Below are positions 1 through 9,190 of a stretch of DNA of 64,000 nucleotides, piece after piece. The stretch is from Spirochaetia bacterium (GTDB lineage Bacteria; Spirochaetota; Spirochaetia; SZUA-6; Bin103). Below the pieces are notes generated by a model, which worked only from the letters and a program-made list of their open reading frames with translations, ran no database searches and was not told the origin of the DNA. Within the stretch, counting starts at the first letter, position 1, and each line of letters opens with the position of its first letter. The position numbers and the translations under genes were made by a program. The stretch covers positions 448,001 to 512,000 of the forward strand of contig CBDAOI010000004.1 in assembly GCA_965198005.1 (NCBI GenBank), in the 5' to 3' direction.

Positions 1-155
1 GCATGAGCCAGTCCGATGTGTCAAAGCTCGAGCGACGGCAAGACCTCCGACTCTCCACGCTCCAGGCGTACGCCCGAGCCCTTGGCGGCCGCCTCCAGCC
101 CATGTTCGTCACCGGCGCGAACGGCAAGCGGATACCGATCGCGATCCTGCAATGA
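1..155 (+). CDS. XRE-family HTH protein (HigA-like antitoxin), 3' part, cut by the window edge
   Basis: Frame from position 3 reads MSQSDVSKLERRQDLRLSTLQAYARALGGRL...ILQ*, a typical XRE recognition helix; not in the ORF track. Confidence 0.75.
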   Translation, partial: MSQSDVSKLERRQDLRLSTLQAYARALGGRLQPMFVTGANGKRIPIAILQ

Positions 156-186
156 TGCGGTCGGCCGGATCTCTGTGTCGGTCGGG

Positions 187-390
187 CAGGTCTTCGATTT
201 CTCAACCCTCGAGCCGGTGCCCGCCAGCTTCGTCCGCCACCGCTTGCGTCAGCGCCACGGTGACCTGGTCCGGCAAGTGCGCTTCCGCGGTGGCTGGTTG
301 TACCTGTTGTTGCTGCTGGAGTTCCAATCCACCATCGAGCCCGCCATGGCGGTGCGCGTGCTGACCTTCACCAGTCTGCAGCGCGAGAAT
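187..390 (+). pseudogene. Rpn/YhgA-like (transposase_31) nuclease, internal fragment
   Basis: FDFSTLEPVPASFV...RHGDLV...LYLLLLLEFQSTIEPAMAVRVL; no start and no C-terminus. Confidence 0.75.
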
Positions 391-435
391 CCTACCGTCG
401 CGGGGTCGTGGCCACCGAGGGGTGTCGATTCACGG

Positions 436-596
436 GGCGCTCCTTTGAGAGCCTTCTCAGCTGCTTGCTGAGCCAACCAGCAGACGTGTCGGGGAGGAAA
501 CCTGGCCTCGGACGATAGCGCCTCGGCAACCTCGAGGTCCTCGCGAGCGAAGCGCAGCCATCGGCGAACATCGTTGAGCAGTTCACTATCGCTCAT
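436..596 (-). pseudogene. HEPN-domain toxin, 3'-truncated
   Basis: RRWLRFAREDLEVAE...VCWLAQQAAEKALKG then unrelated sequence; overlaps the end of the MNT gene. Confidence 0.75.
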
Positions 597-900
597 ACAA
601 GACCGTGCCCTCCCGCAGCGCAGGCCTCAGCACGCTGCCCACGAGATCGCCCCGACGGGAGATTTCTTCGGGCGTGGTCACCACGATGTCCTTGCTCACA
701 GGCACATCGCCAAGGGCGCGGCGGATCTCTACGGTAGTGCTGCGCTTGTCGGTCGCCTCGCGAAGCACAACCAGCAGATCAACGTCGCTATCGGTGACGG
801 CTGATCCCCGGGCATGCGAACCGAACAGAATGATGCGCAACGGTTGGAATCGCTGCACAACCCGCTCGACCATGGTGTCAATCGTGGCATTCACAGTCAT
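586..900 (-). CDS. Minimal nucleotidyltransferase (MNT) antitoxin
   Basis: IILFGSHARG...DSDVDLLVV motif, 104 aa, upstream of the HEPN gene. Confidence 0.9.
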   Translation of the reverse strand: MTVNATIDTMVERVVQRFQPLRIILFGSHARGSAVTDSDVDLLVVLREATDKRSTTVEIRRALGDVPVSKDIVVTTPEEISRRGDLVGSVLRPALREGTVLYER

Positions 901-960
901 GTGTCACTATCGGCGAGAGTCCCCAACACGTCCCGGGAGTAGATCTCGACCAGCTACCGT

Positions 961-1120
961 ATGCTCGACAGTATACCTTGGGAGAGTCCGATCCGAATAT
1001 CCGTTCCATGACCTCTGCAGGCTGCTGGAGTCGCTGAGCGTGGTCAAGTGCGAGACCATCATCTACTGGAGCAACGACGACGAGGCGTTCATCGTTGAAG
1101 TGCCGGGGCTTCCCGGCTAA
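961..1120 (+). pseudogene. HicA-like/HicB-like TA remnant (toxin N-part fused to antitoxin N-part)
   Basis: FHDLCRLLESL joined directly to KCETIIYWSNDDEAFIVEVPGLPG*, a HicB N-terminus with an early stop. Confidence 0.65.
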
Positions 1121-1238
1121 GGAACGCGCAGCGTTCCGTGCACCACGGGCGCCCGTATGCGGGACCAGACGAACCTGCTGTCGCTGGGTCTTCTAAGGTC
1201 TTCCATAGGCCATGATTGAGCAACACGGATGGAAGTAG

Positions 1239-1493
1239 TTGAACTACACCCTGGTTCACTCTCACGAATATACAACCGGTTTGGCGAGACTGGTGGATTT
1301 GCGACGAATGGACGAAGAGATGGCCATTATTGAGCATTCCTTAGCTCGGGTGCCAGAGGCATATTCCACTTTATATGGGCGATTCGGAATCCCTAAGGTG
1401 GTAGTAGATGGCCAAAAGCTACGCATCTTGTTTCGTATAGACCAAGAGGACCGAAGGGTTCCTTTGTTGTACATCGGGAGGGTAGATCAGTGA
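1239..1493 (+). CDS. Small hypothetical protein, possibly RelE/ParE-like
   Basis: 84 aa in a lower-GC patch; C-terminus LRILFRIDQEDRRVPLLYI resembles RelE-fold ends. Confidence 0.4.
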   Translation: MNYTLVHSHEYTTGLARLVDLRRMDEEMAIIEHSLARVPEAYSTLYGRFGIPKVVVDGQKLRILFRIDQEDRRVPLLYIGRVDQ

Positions 1494-1584
1494 CCGACGG
1501 CCCTGGTTTCCCGGCAGGCGGCCCGACCACAGACAAGCGGCACCGCTTAGGTATACGCTGGTCGCGCTATGAGATCGGTAACCG

Positions 1585-2438
1585 TGATGTTATCGACGCT
1601 ATGATGGCTGAAATGATCCAAAGCTTCTCCTTGGACCGTGAACTCATTAGGCATAAGCTCGGGCTGGATGTACCAGTATATGTCCAGTATGGTCGTTGGA
1701 TTGGAGGAGTGCTGCAAGGCGACCTGGGGGTGTCACTCAGGGGAGAGCAGGCTATTACTCCGAAGATATTAGCCAGGTTTCCGGTGACGTTCGAGCTGGG
1801 AGTGTTTGCCGTCGGACTGCTGATATCGTGCCGATCGGCATCTCCCGATCATGGCCATTCGCCAGAATACCATCGGCGACTACGCCGGGCGCGGCATAGC
1901 CGTCACCTTCATCTCAGTCCCGACCTTCTGGACGGCTACCATGGTCATGCTTTACCCCGCTATCTGGTGGGGATGGTCCCCCTCGATGGAACTGATTCGT
2001 CTCACGGAGGACCCGCTCGGTAATCTGGGGATGTTTCTCGTCCCGGCCGCGATCCTGGGGACGGTCCTTTCGGGAACCACGATGCGGATGACGCGCACCA
2101 TGGCACTGGAGGTGCTGCGGCAAGACTACATCCGGACCGCCTGGTCGAAGGGACTCAGGGAGAAGATCGTCGTGATGCGGCATGTCTTGAAGAATGCCCT
2201 CATTCCGGTCGTGACCATCGTCGGCTTTCAGCTGTCCATCCTCATCGGCGGTTCGGTCATCATTGAGCAGATCTTTGTCCTCCCCGGCATCGGCACGCTC
2301 CTGCTGGACTCCATTCAAAGGCGAGACTACCCCATCGTCTCTGGCATTAACCTGTTTTTCGCGACTGCCGTGGTCCTCATCAATCTCCTGATCGACCTGA
2401 GCTACGCCTTCCTGGATCCCCGGGTCCGCTACCGCTAG
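1585..2438 (+). pseudogene. Peptide/nickel ABC permease (OppB/DppB-like), 5'-truncated and frameshifted near 1825-1850
   Basis: LGLDVPVYVQYGRW...GDLGVSL in one frame; QDYIRTAWSKGL...LSYAFLDPRVRY in another; first TM helix missing. Confidence 0.8.
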
Positions 2439-2449
2439 GAAGCAGAGTC

Positions 2450-2985
2450 ATGATGCAATTCTTCCGGAGGCTGGTCCGGGAACAGCCGCTGGGCACCGTG
2501 GGCGGCATCATCGTGCTGCTGCTGTTCTGCGGCATCTTCGCCGATGTGCTGGCCCCCTACGGGATGAACGAGATTCACCTGATTGACCGGTACGCCCCGC
2601 CGTCATGGCAGTACCTGCTGGGTGCCGACCAGCTGGGGCGCGACATCCTCAGCCGAATCATCTACGGGGCACGCATCTCGGTAGTCGTTGGCCTGTCGGC
2701 AACCAGCATCAACCTGGTGGTGGCGCTGCTGATCGGCGCGACCAGCGGGTTCTTCGGCGGCAAGCTCGACATGGTGGTGCAGCGGTTTGTGGACGCCTGG
2801 ATGGCGTTCCCGGGGCTGCTCATTCTGATCACGGTGATGTCGCTGGTCGGCCAGGGCCAGCTGCAGATCATCCTGGTGCTGGGCATTGCCGGCGGCATCA
2901 GCGGATCGAGAATCGCGCGCAGTGCGGTGATCCGCATCAAGGAGAACGTGTACGTGCAGGCGGCGCAAGCGATTGGGGTGGGCAC
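2450..2985 (+). pseudogene. Peptide ABC permease (OppC/DppC-like), 3'-truncated; ORF reads through foreign fragments to 3427
   Basis: LLGADQLGRDILSRIIYGARIS; homology stops after the EAA loop YVQAAQAIG. Confidence 0.85.
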
Positions 2986-3106
2986 CGGCAGCGCGAGCCC
3001 GGACTATTCCCCCGTAGGGAAAAACAAGCATGCGGCGCGGCACCTTGGCGACAAGCCGGTTGCCGGCCAAACCGGATCTGCGCCGGCCCGGGCCGGTGGG
3101 AAGCTA

Positions 3107-3221
3107 CTCAGGGCGAGCCTGACGCTGGGTGACGACACGCTGGAGCGTACCTGCCGCGAGGCGATGAACAGCGCCGGACCGGGTGACGCGCTGAGCCTGC
3201 CGCTGAGTCGCTGGGCCGCTG
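3107..3221 (+). repeat. 115-bp diverged copy of an internal part of the ATPase gene (9491-9605)
   Basis: Both encode LRASLTLGDDTLER.C..AMNSAGPG.ALSL.LSRWAA; gap-free DNA alignment by eye. Confidence 0.9.
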
Positions 3222-3234
3222 GGCCGCTGCCGGC

Positions 3235-3427
3235 CGACGCCGCTGGTCGATCGTATGCGGATGCTCATGGACTCGCGGTCACCGGCCTTGCTGGCGTACT
3301 GCTTGCCGCCAAGAGGGCGAGCTTGGTGGAGAGCGTCAGGCCCTTCTTCGAACGATTGGCTGCGCGGGATTTCAGACTCTCGGACCAACTCGTTCAGGCC
3401 ATCCTCGAACAAGCAGGCGAAACGTGA
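3235..3427 (+). pseudogene. DUF3368-like (PIN-related) protein, C-terminal fragment
   Basis: GLAVTGLAGVLLAAKRASLVESVRPFFERL...FRLSDQLVQAILEQAGE. Confidence 0.7.
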
Positions 3428-3475
3428 TGCGGGTCTGGGCGATAGCGCTGGTCCTAGAGCACGGCCGCTCGGTCA

Positions 3476-3661
3476 CGCCTGCATGAGCTCGATGATGAGG
3501 TTGCTGAACTTGCTGCGGGTGTCGAAGTAGACGGCGCTGCGAGAGGTCTTGCCGGCAGGGATGATGCTCAGGATGACCGGGAAACCCCGCTCCACCAGCT
3601 TGGCCGCCTCTGCTTCCGGATCGTCAACCGTGTAGGCAATGTGGCCAACCCCCTCGCCGCT
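3476..3661 (-). repeat. 186-bp near-identical copy of the 3' part of the VOC gene (13134-13319)
   Basis: Direct repeat with 2 mismatches seen. Confidence 0.95.
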
Positions 3662-3706
3662 TCGGCATCACCCTGGCGGATGTCCTGCCGACCCTGACTG
3701 GCGAGC
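3660..3706 (+). repeat. 47-bp direct repeat of 8807-8853
   Basis: cttcggcatcaccctggcgga(t/c)gtcctgccgaccctgactggcgagc, 1 mismatch. Confidence 0.95.
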
Positions 3707-3749
3707 GCGAGTAATCGAATCGCGACGGCGAAACTGGCTCGCCCGCCGC

Positions 3750-5427
3750 GCCAGGTATTCGCCGGGCAACCGTCGGCCCGGCCGGGGGTGCCGCAGGACG
3801 GAGCGCGGTGGTGGCGTTCAGGCCTGGTCGGCCGCCACCGCGAACGCGGTCACGTTGCGGCTCTGGCGGCTGAACTCCACCCCGATCAAGTGAATCGGTT
3901 GCCCCAGGTGGCGGTACTTGGCCGCGTAGTCGCGGCTCTGGAGCTGCGCCAGCGCGCCCCCCTCCGGCTCCATCTCCACCACCTTGAACTCGAACAGGTA
4001 CACCTGCCCGCCGGTGCGCACCGCCAAGTCCACCCGCCCGTGGCTGGTCGCGTCTTCCACCGTGAGATCATATCCCAGGGCCGCGAAATACGAGAAAAAC
4101 ACGCTCGCGTAGTAGCCCTCGTAGTCGGCGATGTGGTTGTTCGTGTACCACTGGTACGGGATGCTGGCGAAGAACGCCTGAAACAGCTCTTTCATGCCGT
4201 CGAAGTCGTTGGCCTCCAGCAGCCGGTACAGGCGGATGCGGTTGGCGGTCTGGCCGCTGGTGTCCTGCACCAACTGGCCCAGCAGTTGCTCGTTCAGGCT
4301 CTGGCGCACCTCGCGGTTGGGGTAGCGCAGCCGATACAGGACGTTGCCGCCCAGGTCCTCCTCGCCCTCGATGGTCAGGTAGCCGGTCTGGAACAGCAGC
4401 GCCTCGGTGGCGATATGCTCGGCGGCGGTGCGGCCGCCGACGTCGAACGCCCCCAGCAGCTCGGCGGTGGTCACCGTCTCGCCCAGGGTCACCGAGCTGA
4501 CCCGGCGCCGGTACAGGGTCTCCACCAGGAAGCGCGGGGTGCCGGTCTCGAACCAGTACGGGGCGAACTTGCGGCTGTCGAACAGGCGCAGCAGGTCGTA
4601 GGGGTTGTACATCTTCTCCGTGCCCAGCCAGCAGTAGCCGTTGTACCAGGCGCGGATCTGCTCTCGATCCAACCCCGGCAGCTCAGGAGCGAACACCGTA
4701 TCCAGGTCGGCGTCGGTGTAGCCGCAGATCGACGAGTAGCGCCGATCCAGGGTGATGTCGGTGAGGTTGTTCAGATCCGAAAAGAGGCTCACCTTCGAGA
4801 ACTTGCTCACCCCGGTCACGAAGGTGAACCGCACGTGCGCGTCGCTGGCCTTGATCATCCCGTACAGGCCGCGCAGGTAGTCACGGTTGGCGAGCGCCGC
4901 CTCCGGCTCCTCCAGCGCGTCCAGGATCGGCTTGTCGTACTCGTCCACCAGCACCGCCACCCGCTGCCCGCTCTCCCGGTGCAGGGCTTCCAGCAGATAG
5001 CGGAAGCGCTCAGGCGCGGTGTCGTAGCGGCCGGTCACGCCCAGCTCCCGCTCGATGCCCTCCAGCTGGGCCATCACGTTCTGGTGCAGGTAGCCCGGGT
5101 CCCTGAAGCTGCCGCCGGCGAAGTCCAGCCGCACCACCGGATGGCGCACCGACCACTCCCAGCGGTCATGGATGTACAGCCCCTGAAACAACTCCTCGCT
5201 GCCCGCGAACAGCTCCTTCAGGGTGTCCACCAGCAGGCTCTTGCCGAACCGCCGCGGCCGTGACAGGAAGTAGTGCTTACCCGCTTCGTGCAGCCGCCAG
5301 ATATAGGCGGTCTTGTCCACGTAGTAGTAGTCCTCTTCCCGGATCTCGCGAAAGGTCTGGATGCCAAGGGGCAGCCGCCGCTTACGTGCCATCGGCTCAT
5401 CCTACCCCGCGCGCGCGCTCCTTGCCA
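3750..5427. repeat. 1678-bp duplicated unit, copy 1 (copy 2 at 7120-8797)
   Basis: Same offset (3370) at both ends; includes the ATPase gene, 35 bp upstream and about 68 bp downstream. Confidence 0.95.
3818..5392 (-). CDS. AAA-ATPase-like domain plus C-terminal PD-(D/E)XK nuclease (PDDEXK_9-type), paralog 1
   Basis: LPLGIQTF, YVDKT, Walker A RPRRFGKS, Walker B LVDEYD, GRVDL...FEFK. Confidence 0.92.
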   Translation of the reverse strand: MARKRRLPLGIQTFREIREEDYYYVDKTAYIWRLHEAGKHYFLSRPRRFGKSLLVDTLKELFAGSEELFQGLYIHDRWEWSVRHPVVRLDFAGGSFRDPGYLHQNVMAQLEGIERELGVTGRYDTAPERFRYLLEALHRESGQRVAVLVDEYDKPILDALEEPEAALANRDYLRGLYGMIKASDAHVRFTFVTGVSKFSKVSLFSDLNNLTDITLDRRYSSICGYTDADLDTVFAPELPGLDREQIRAWYNGYCWLGTEKMYNPYDLLRLFDSRKFAPYWFETGTPRFLVETLYRRRVSSVTLGETVTTAELLGAFDVGGRTAAEHIATEALLFQTGYLTIEGEEDLGGNVLYRLRYPNREVRQSLNEQLLGQLVQDTSGQTANRIRLYRLLEANDFDGMKELFQAFFASIPYQWYTNNHIADYEGYYASVFFSYFAALGYDLTVEDATSHGRVDLAVRTGGQVYLFEFKVVEMEPEGGALAQLQSRDYAAKYRHLGQPIHLIGVEFSRQSRNVTAFAVAADQA

Positions 5428-5508
5428 CACCACCCGACCGCTCAGGGTTCATCAAGCGCCCCAGATGGCCGGCGTGTCGACAGGAGCAGGACGGGGCGAA
5501 TCAATGAT

Positions 5509-5546
5509 TTCGACCGCACGCCGGACCGAACCTGGGCGGAAAGATC
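5509..5546 (+). repeat. 38-bp copy of the 3' end region of the ATPase gene (10697-10735)
   Basis: ttcgaccgc(a/g)cgccggaccgaacctgggcggaaa(a)gatc. Confidence 0.85.
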
Positions 5547-5592
5547 CAGAAGTTCGACGCCGAGCCGGGTAGTGAGTAAACTCACTACCACT

Positions 5593-5675
5593 ATGCGTGC
5601 AGCCGAAATGCAGGCGGTGCTCGAGGCGGCCGCCCGCCTCCAAGCGCTGGTGCCTGATGCGGTCCTGGTCGGTGA
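5593..5675 (+). pseudogene. N-terminal fragment of an AbiEii-like nucleotidyltransferase
   Basis: MRAAEMQAVLEAAARLQALVPDAVLVG, ends at the expected LVGG motif. Confidence 0.5.
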
Positions 5676-5695
5676 GTACTGCCGGGAGCATGAAC

Positions 5696-5757
5696 CGCCA
5701 CCACCGCCACCACCGCGCCACTCGTGCCACTTGTGCCACCACTTGTGCCACTTGCAC
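5696..5757. repeat. Degenerate short tandem repeat (gccac units)
   Basis: ccgccaccaccgccaccaccgcgccactcgtgccacttgtgccaccacttgtgccacttgcac. Confidence 0.7.
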
Positions 5758-6133
5758 TTTCGTGGCGGGTATGAGAGGGTGAGGGCCTGATGCGAAGCGT
5801 CGCTAGCGAACACGGGGGCCGGTCGCGGTTGAGTGTGGCGACCGGCTTGACCACTTTGGCCGCGGCGGGTATGCCCGGATCCTGCGCACCGACGTCGTTA
5901 TTACCGGCGACCAGCCGGAATGAGCGCCGCCCGTGACCATCGGTTGACGGACGACGCCGAGAATCAGACCACCGCCGCCAGCGAGCGTATGAAGCGCGGC
6001 CAGCACTGCTGGAGACGGCGCATCCTCGGAAGATCGCAGCGAGCGTGGGCGGTTTCGGTCACGGTGACCTCGAATTCGCGACAGGTGAGCTTGGCGAGCC
6101 GTCGATGCCGAGCTTGTGCGCGGCGTACAGAAC

Positions 6134-6913
6134 TCAATGCGCGCGCCAACGCCTTGCAACAGCCGACAGTTGGTCAGCCTGGGCTCTCCAGCGATCGATC
6201 TCCAGGTTCAGGTTCCGGCGCTCCACCGGTGTGAGATCGCCGACTTTCTCTCTTCGCCAGAGCTCATGTTCAGCCAGGCGACAGTACGATTCTGCCAACA
6301 ACAGGTCGGAATCGTCTACGAACCCGAACGCTCTATGCCACGCCCTGCTCTCCTCATTACCGAGGTTGTATCGACTTTTCAACGTCCTGTGGCCGCTCTC
6401 ATACAGTTGCATGAGAGTCGCTGACACAAGGGCTGTAGCTACGCCCATTCGTTGCCACTCCGGGGTAACGAATAGTAGCTCCAACCGCACGGATTCGTCC
6501 TTCATTTCGGCTACGAGGGCAGCACCAACGACTGACTCCTGCTCGACTTCCGGATGGGCGACCAACGCTAGGCGCGACGCCGCAAGAGGCTTTCCGCGGG
6601 CGCCGGAGAAGAATCCGATCACGTTGTCTCTGGCCGGCTCGACGATTCTCGTCTCCTCCCAGTCACAATAATCGATGGTATCTCTGAAGGCGGCCACGTA
6701 AGCGGCAATCATCGCCGGCTCGTAGCTGCTTGCCGCGGGCCGGGTCCGACAAGGAGATCGGCATGGACGGGGTTCGATTTCGAGGGACGTGGAGACTGAC
6801 CGATGGGCGGGAGAGATATGCGCTTGCCCGCTCCAGTACTCATACTTCCATCCTGGCTCTCTCGCCATCAGGTGGAACTCGTCAATGGTCATGGTCAGGT
6901 GTCGGGTACGCAT
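6134..6913 (-). CDS. GNAT-family N-acetyltransferase
   Basis: LFVTPEWQRMGVATAL acetyl-CoA motif; NEESRAWHRAFGF. Confidence 0.85.
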   Translation of the reverse strand: MRTRHLTMTIDEFHLMAREPGWKYEYWSGQAHISPAHRSVSTSLEIEPRPCRSPCRTRPAASSYEPAMIAAYVAAFRDTIDYCDWEETRIVEPARDNVIGFFSGARGKPLAASRLALVAHPEVEQESVVGAALVAEMKDESVRLELLFVTPEWQRMGVATALVSATLMQLYESGHRTLKSRYNLGNEESRAWHRAFGFVDDSDLLLAESYCRLAEHELWRREKVGDLTPVERRNLNLEIDRWRAQADQLSAVARRWRAH

Positions 6914-7015
6914 CGGAGTATGGAGGAGAACAGCACCGGAGCTGACCACAATCGGCAGGGTCAGCGGGGCTCTCTACCTTTCCATCATGAGGGTACCATG
7001 ACCAATGTCAATAGT

Positions 7016-7100
7016 CTGCTTCGACCAGTTGCTCGGTGATCTCGAACGCTTGCAGTTGGTGCTCGACGCCATCCCCGATGAACCGCTCATGCATCAGCCA
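7016..7100 (+). mobile_element. Short N-terminal fragment of a DDE transposase (IS1182/IS5-like)
   Basis: LGDLERLQLVLDAIPDEPLM resembles a transposase N-terminus recalled from memory. Confidence 0.5.
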
Positions 7101-7187
7101 GGCTGGGCCGATGGACACGGCCAGGTATTCGCCGGGCAGCCGTCGGCCCGGCCAGGGGTGCCGCGGGCCGGAGCGCGGTGGTGGCGC

Positions 7188-8762
7188 TCAGGCTTGGTCG
7201 GCCGCCACCGCGAACGCGGTTACGTTGCGGCTCTGGCGGCTGAACTCCACCCCGATCAGGTGAATCGGTTGCCCCAGGTGGCGGTACTTGGCGGCGTAAT
7301 TCCGGCTCTGCAACTGCGCCAGCGCCGCCCCCTCCGGTTCCATCTCCACCACCTTGAACTCGAACAGGTACACCTGCCCCCCGGCCCGCACCGCCAGGTC
7401 CACCCGCCCGTGGCTGGTCGCGTCTTCCACCGTGAGATCATATCCCAGGGCCGCGAAATACGAGAAAAACACGCTCGCGTAGTAGCCCTCGTAGTCGGCG
7501 ATGTGGTTGTTCGTGTACCACTGGTACGGGATGCTGGCGAAGAACGCCTGAAACAGTTCTTTCATGCTCGTGAAGTCGTTCCGCTCCAGCAGCCGGTACA
7601 GGCGGATGCTGTTGGCGGTCTGGCCGCTGGTGTCCTGCACCAACTGGCCCAGCAACTGCCCGTTCAGGCTCTGGCGCACCTCCCGGTTGGGGTAGCCGAG
7701 CCGATACAGCGCCCTGCCGCCCAGGTCCTCCTCGCCCTCGATGGTCAGGTAGCCGGTCTGGAACAGCAGCGCCTCGGTGCCGATGTGCTCGGCGGGGGCG
7801 CGGTCGCCGACGTCGAACGCTCCCAGCAGCTCGGCGGTGCTCACCATCTCGCCCAGGGTCACCGAGCTGACCCGGCGCCGGTACAGGGTCTCCACCAGGA
7901 ACCGCGGGGTGCCGGTCTCGAACCAGTAGGCGTCGAACTTGCGGCTGCGGAACAGTTGCAGCACATCGTACGGGTTGTACATCTTCTCCGTGCCCAGCCA
8001 GCAGTAGCCGTTGTACCAGTGGCGAATCTGTGCGCGATCCAGACCGGGCAGCTCAGCCGCGAACACCGTATCCAGGTCCTCGTCCGTGTAGCCGCAAATC
8101 GACGAAAAGGGCGCATCGAGGGTGATGTCGGTGAGGTTGTTGAGCTCCGAAAAGAGGCTCACCTTCGAGAACTTGCTCACCCCGGTCAGGAAGGTAAAGC
8201 GAATATGCGCATCCGCATCCTTGATCATCCCGTACAGGCCGCGCAGGAAGCTGCGGTTGGCGCGCGCCACCTCCGGCTCCTCCAGCGCGTCCAGGATCGG
8301 CTTGTCGTACTCGTCCACCAGCACCGCCACCCGCTGCCCACTCTCCCGGTGCAGGGCGGCCAGCAGATAGCGGAAGCGCTCCGGCGCGGTGTCGTAGCGG
8401 CCGGTCACGCCCAGCTCCCGCTCGCTGCCCTCCAGTTGCGCCATCACGTTCTGGTGCAGGTAGCTCGGGTCCCTGAAGCTGCCGCCGGCGAAGCTCAGCC
8501 GCACCACCGGATGGCGCACCGACCACTCCCAGCGGTCATGGATGTACAGCCCCTGAAACAACTCCTCGCTGCCCGCGAACAGCTCCTTCAGGGTGTCCAC
8601 CAGCAGGCTCTTGCCGAACCGCCGCGGCCGTGACAGGAAGTAGTGCGTACCCTGCTCGACCAGCCGCCAGATCTGGGCGGTCTTGTCCACGTAGTAGCAG
8701 TCGTCTTCTCGGAGCGTGCGAAAGGTCTGGATGCCGAGGGGCAGCCGCCGCTTACGTGCCAT
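7188..8762 (-). CDS. AAA-ATPase-like domain plus PD-(D/E)XK nuclease, paralog 2
   Basis: Same length (524 aa) and motifs as 3818-5392; about 50 aa differences by manual count. Confidence 0.92.
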   Translation of the reverse strand: MARKRRLPLGIQTFRTLREDDCYYVDKTAQIWRLVEQGTHYFLSRPRRFGKSLLVDTLKELFAGSEELFQGLYIHDRWEWSVRHPVVRLSFAGGSFRDPSYLHQNVMAQLEGSERELGVTGRYDTAPERFRYLLAALHRESGQRVAVLVDEYDKPILDALEEPEVARANRSFLRGLYGMIKDADAHIRFTFLTGVSKFSKVSLFSELNNLTDITLDAPFSSICGYTDEDLDTVFAAELPGLDRAQIRHWYNGYCWLGTEKMYNPYDVLQLFRSRKFDAYWFETGTPRFLVETLYRRRVSSVTLGEMVSTAELLGAFDVGDRAPAEHIGTEALLFQTGYLTIEGEEDLGGRALYRLGYPNREVRQSLNGQLLGQLVQDTSGQTANSIRLYRLLERNDFTSMKELFQAFFASIPYQWYTNNHIADYEGYYASVFFSYFAALGYDLTVEDATSHGRVDLAVRAGGQVYLFEFKVVEMEPEGAALAQLQSRNYAAKYRHLGQPIHLIGVEFSRQSRNVTAFAVAADQA

Positions 8763-8945
8763 CGGCTCATCCTACCCCGCGCGCGCGCTCCTTGCCAGGA
8801 AAACGACTTCGGCATCACCCTGGCGGACGTCCTGCCGACCCTGACTGGCGAGCTGGAGTAGCCGAGCCGACCACGTCGTCGTCAGGCAGATGGCGCCAAG
8901 CTCCTACCCGCCGGCCGGACTCGTGCAGGAAGCGCTCCTTCAGTC

Positions 8946-9037
8946 GCGCGAGCCGAGGACTACATCGAAGATCTGGCCGCCCCACGGCCGGTATCACTTC
9001 ACCACTGACAATGCCGTGCAGGCGATCGGCGTTAGTG
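8946..9037 (+). pseudogene. AbiEi-type antitoxin, N-terminal fragment
   Basis: RAEDYIEDLAAHGRYHFTTDNAVQAIGVS. Confidence 0.55.
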
Positions 9038-9190
9038 ACAATCGAAGCCGCCGTCAACTCGTATACCATACGGATAGCAGGAGCCGGGGGTGGCAGTCGT
9101 TAGCCGTACACCGTACGGAATGGACAAGGAGACGCTGCAAGGTTCCGACCCGCGGATGACAGCCGCGTCAAGCTCTGCGACAGTGCGCCC

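Noticed and set aside
3818-8762. Diversity-generating retroelement (TR/VR pair)
   Set aside because: Both copies are full genes, differences are not restricted to adenines, and no RT gene is in the window.
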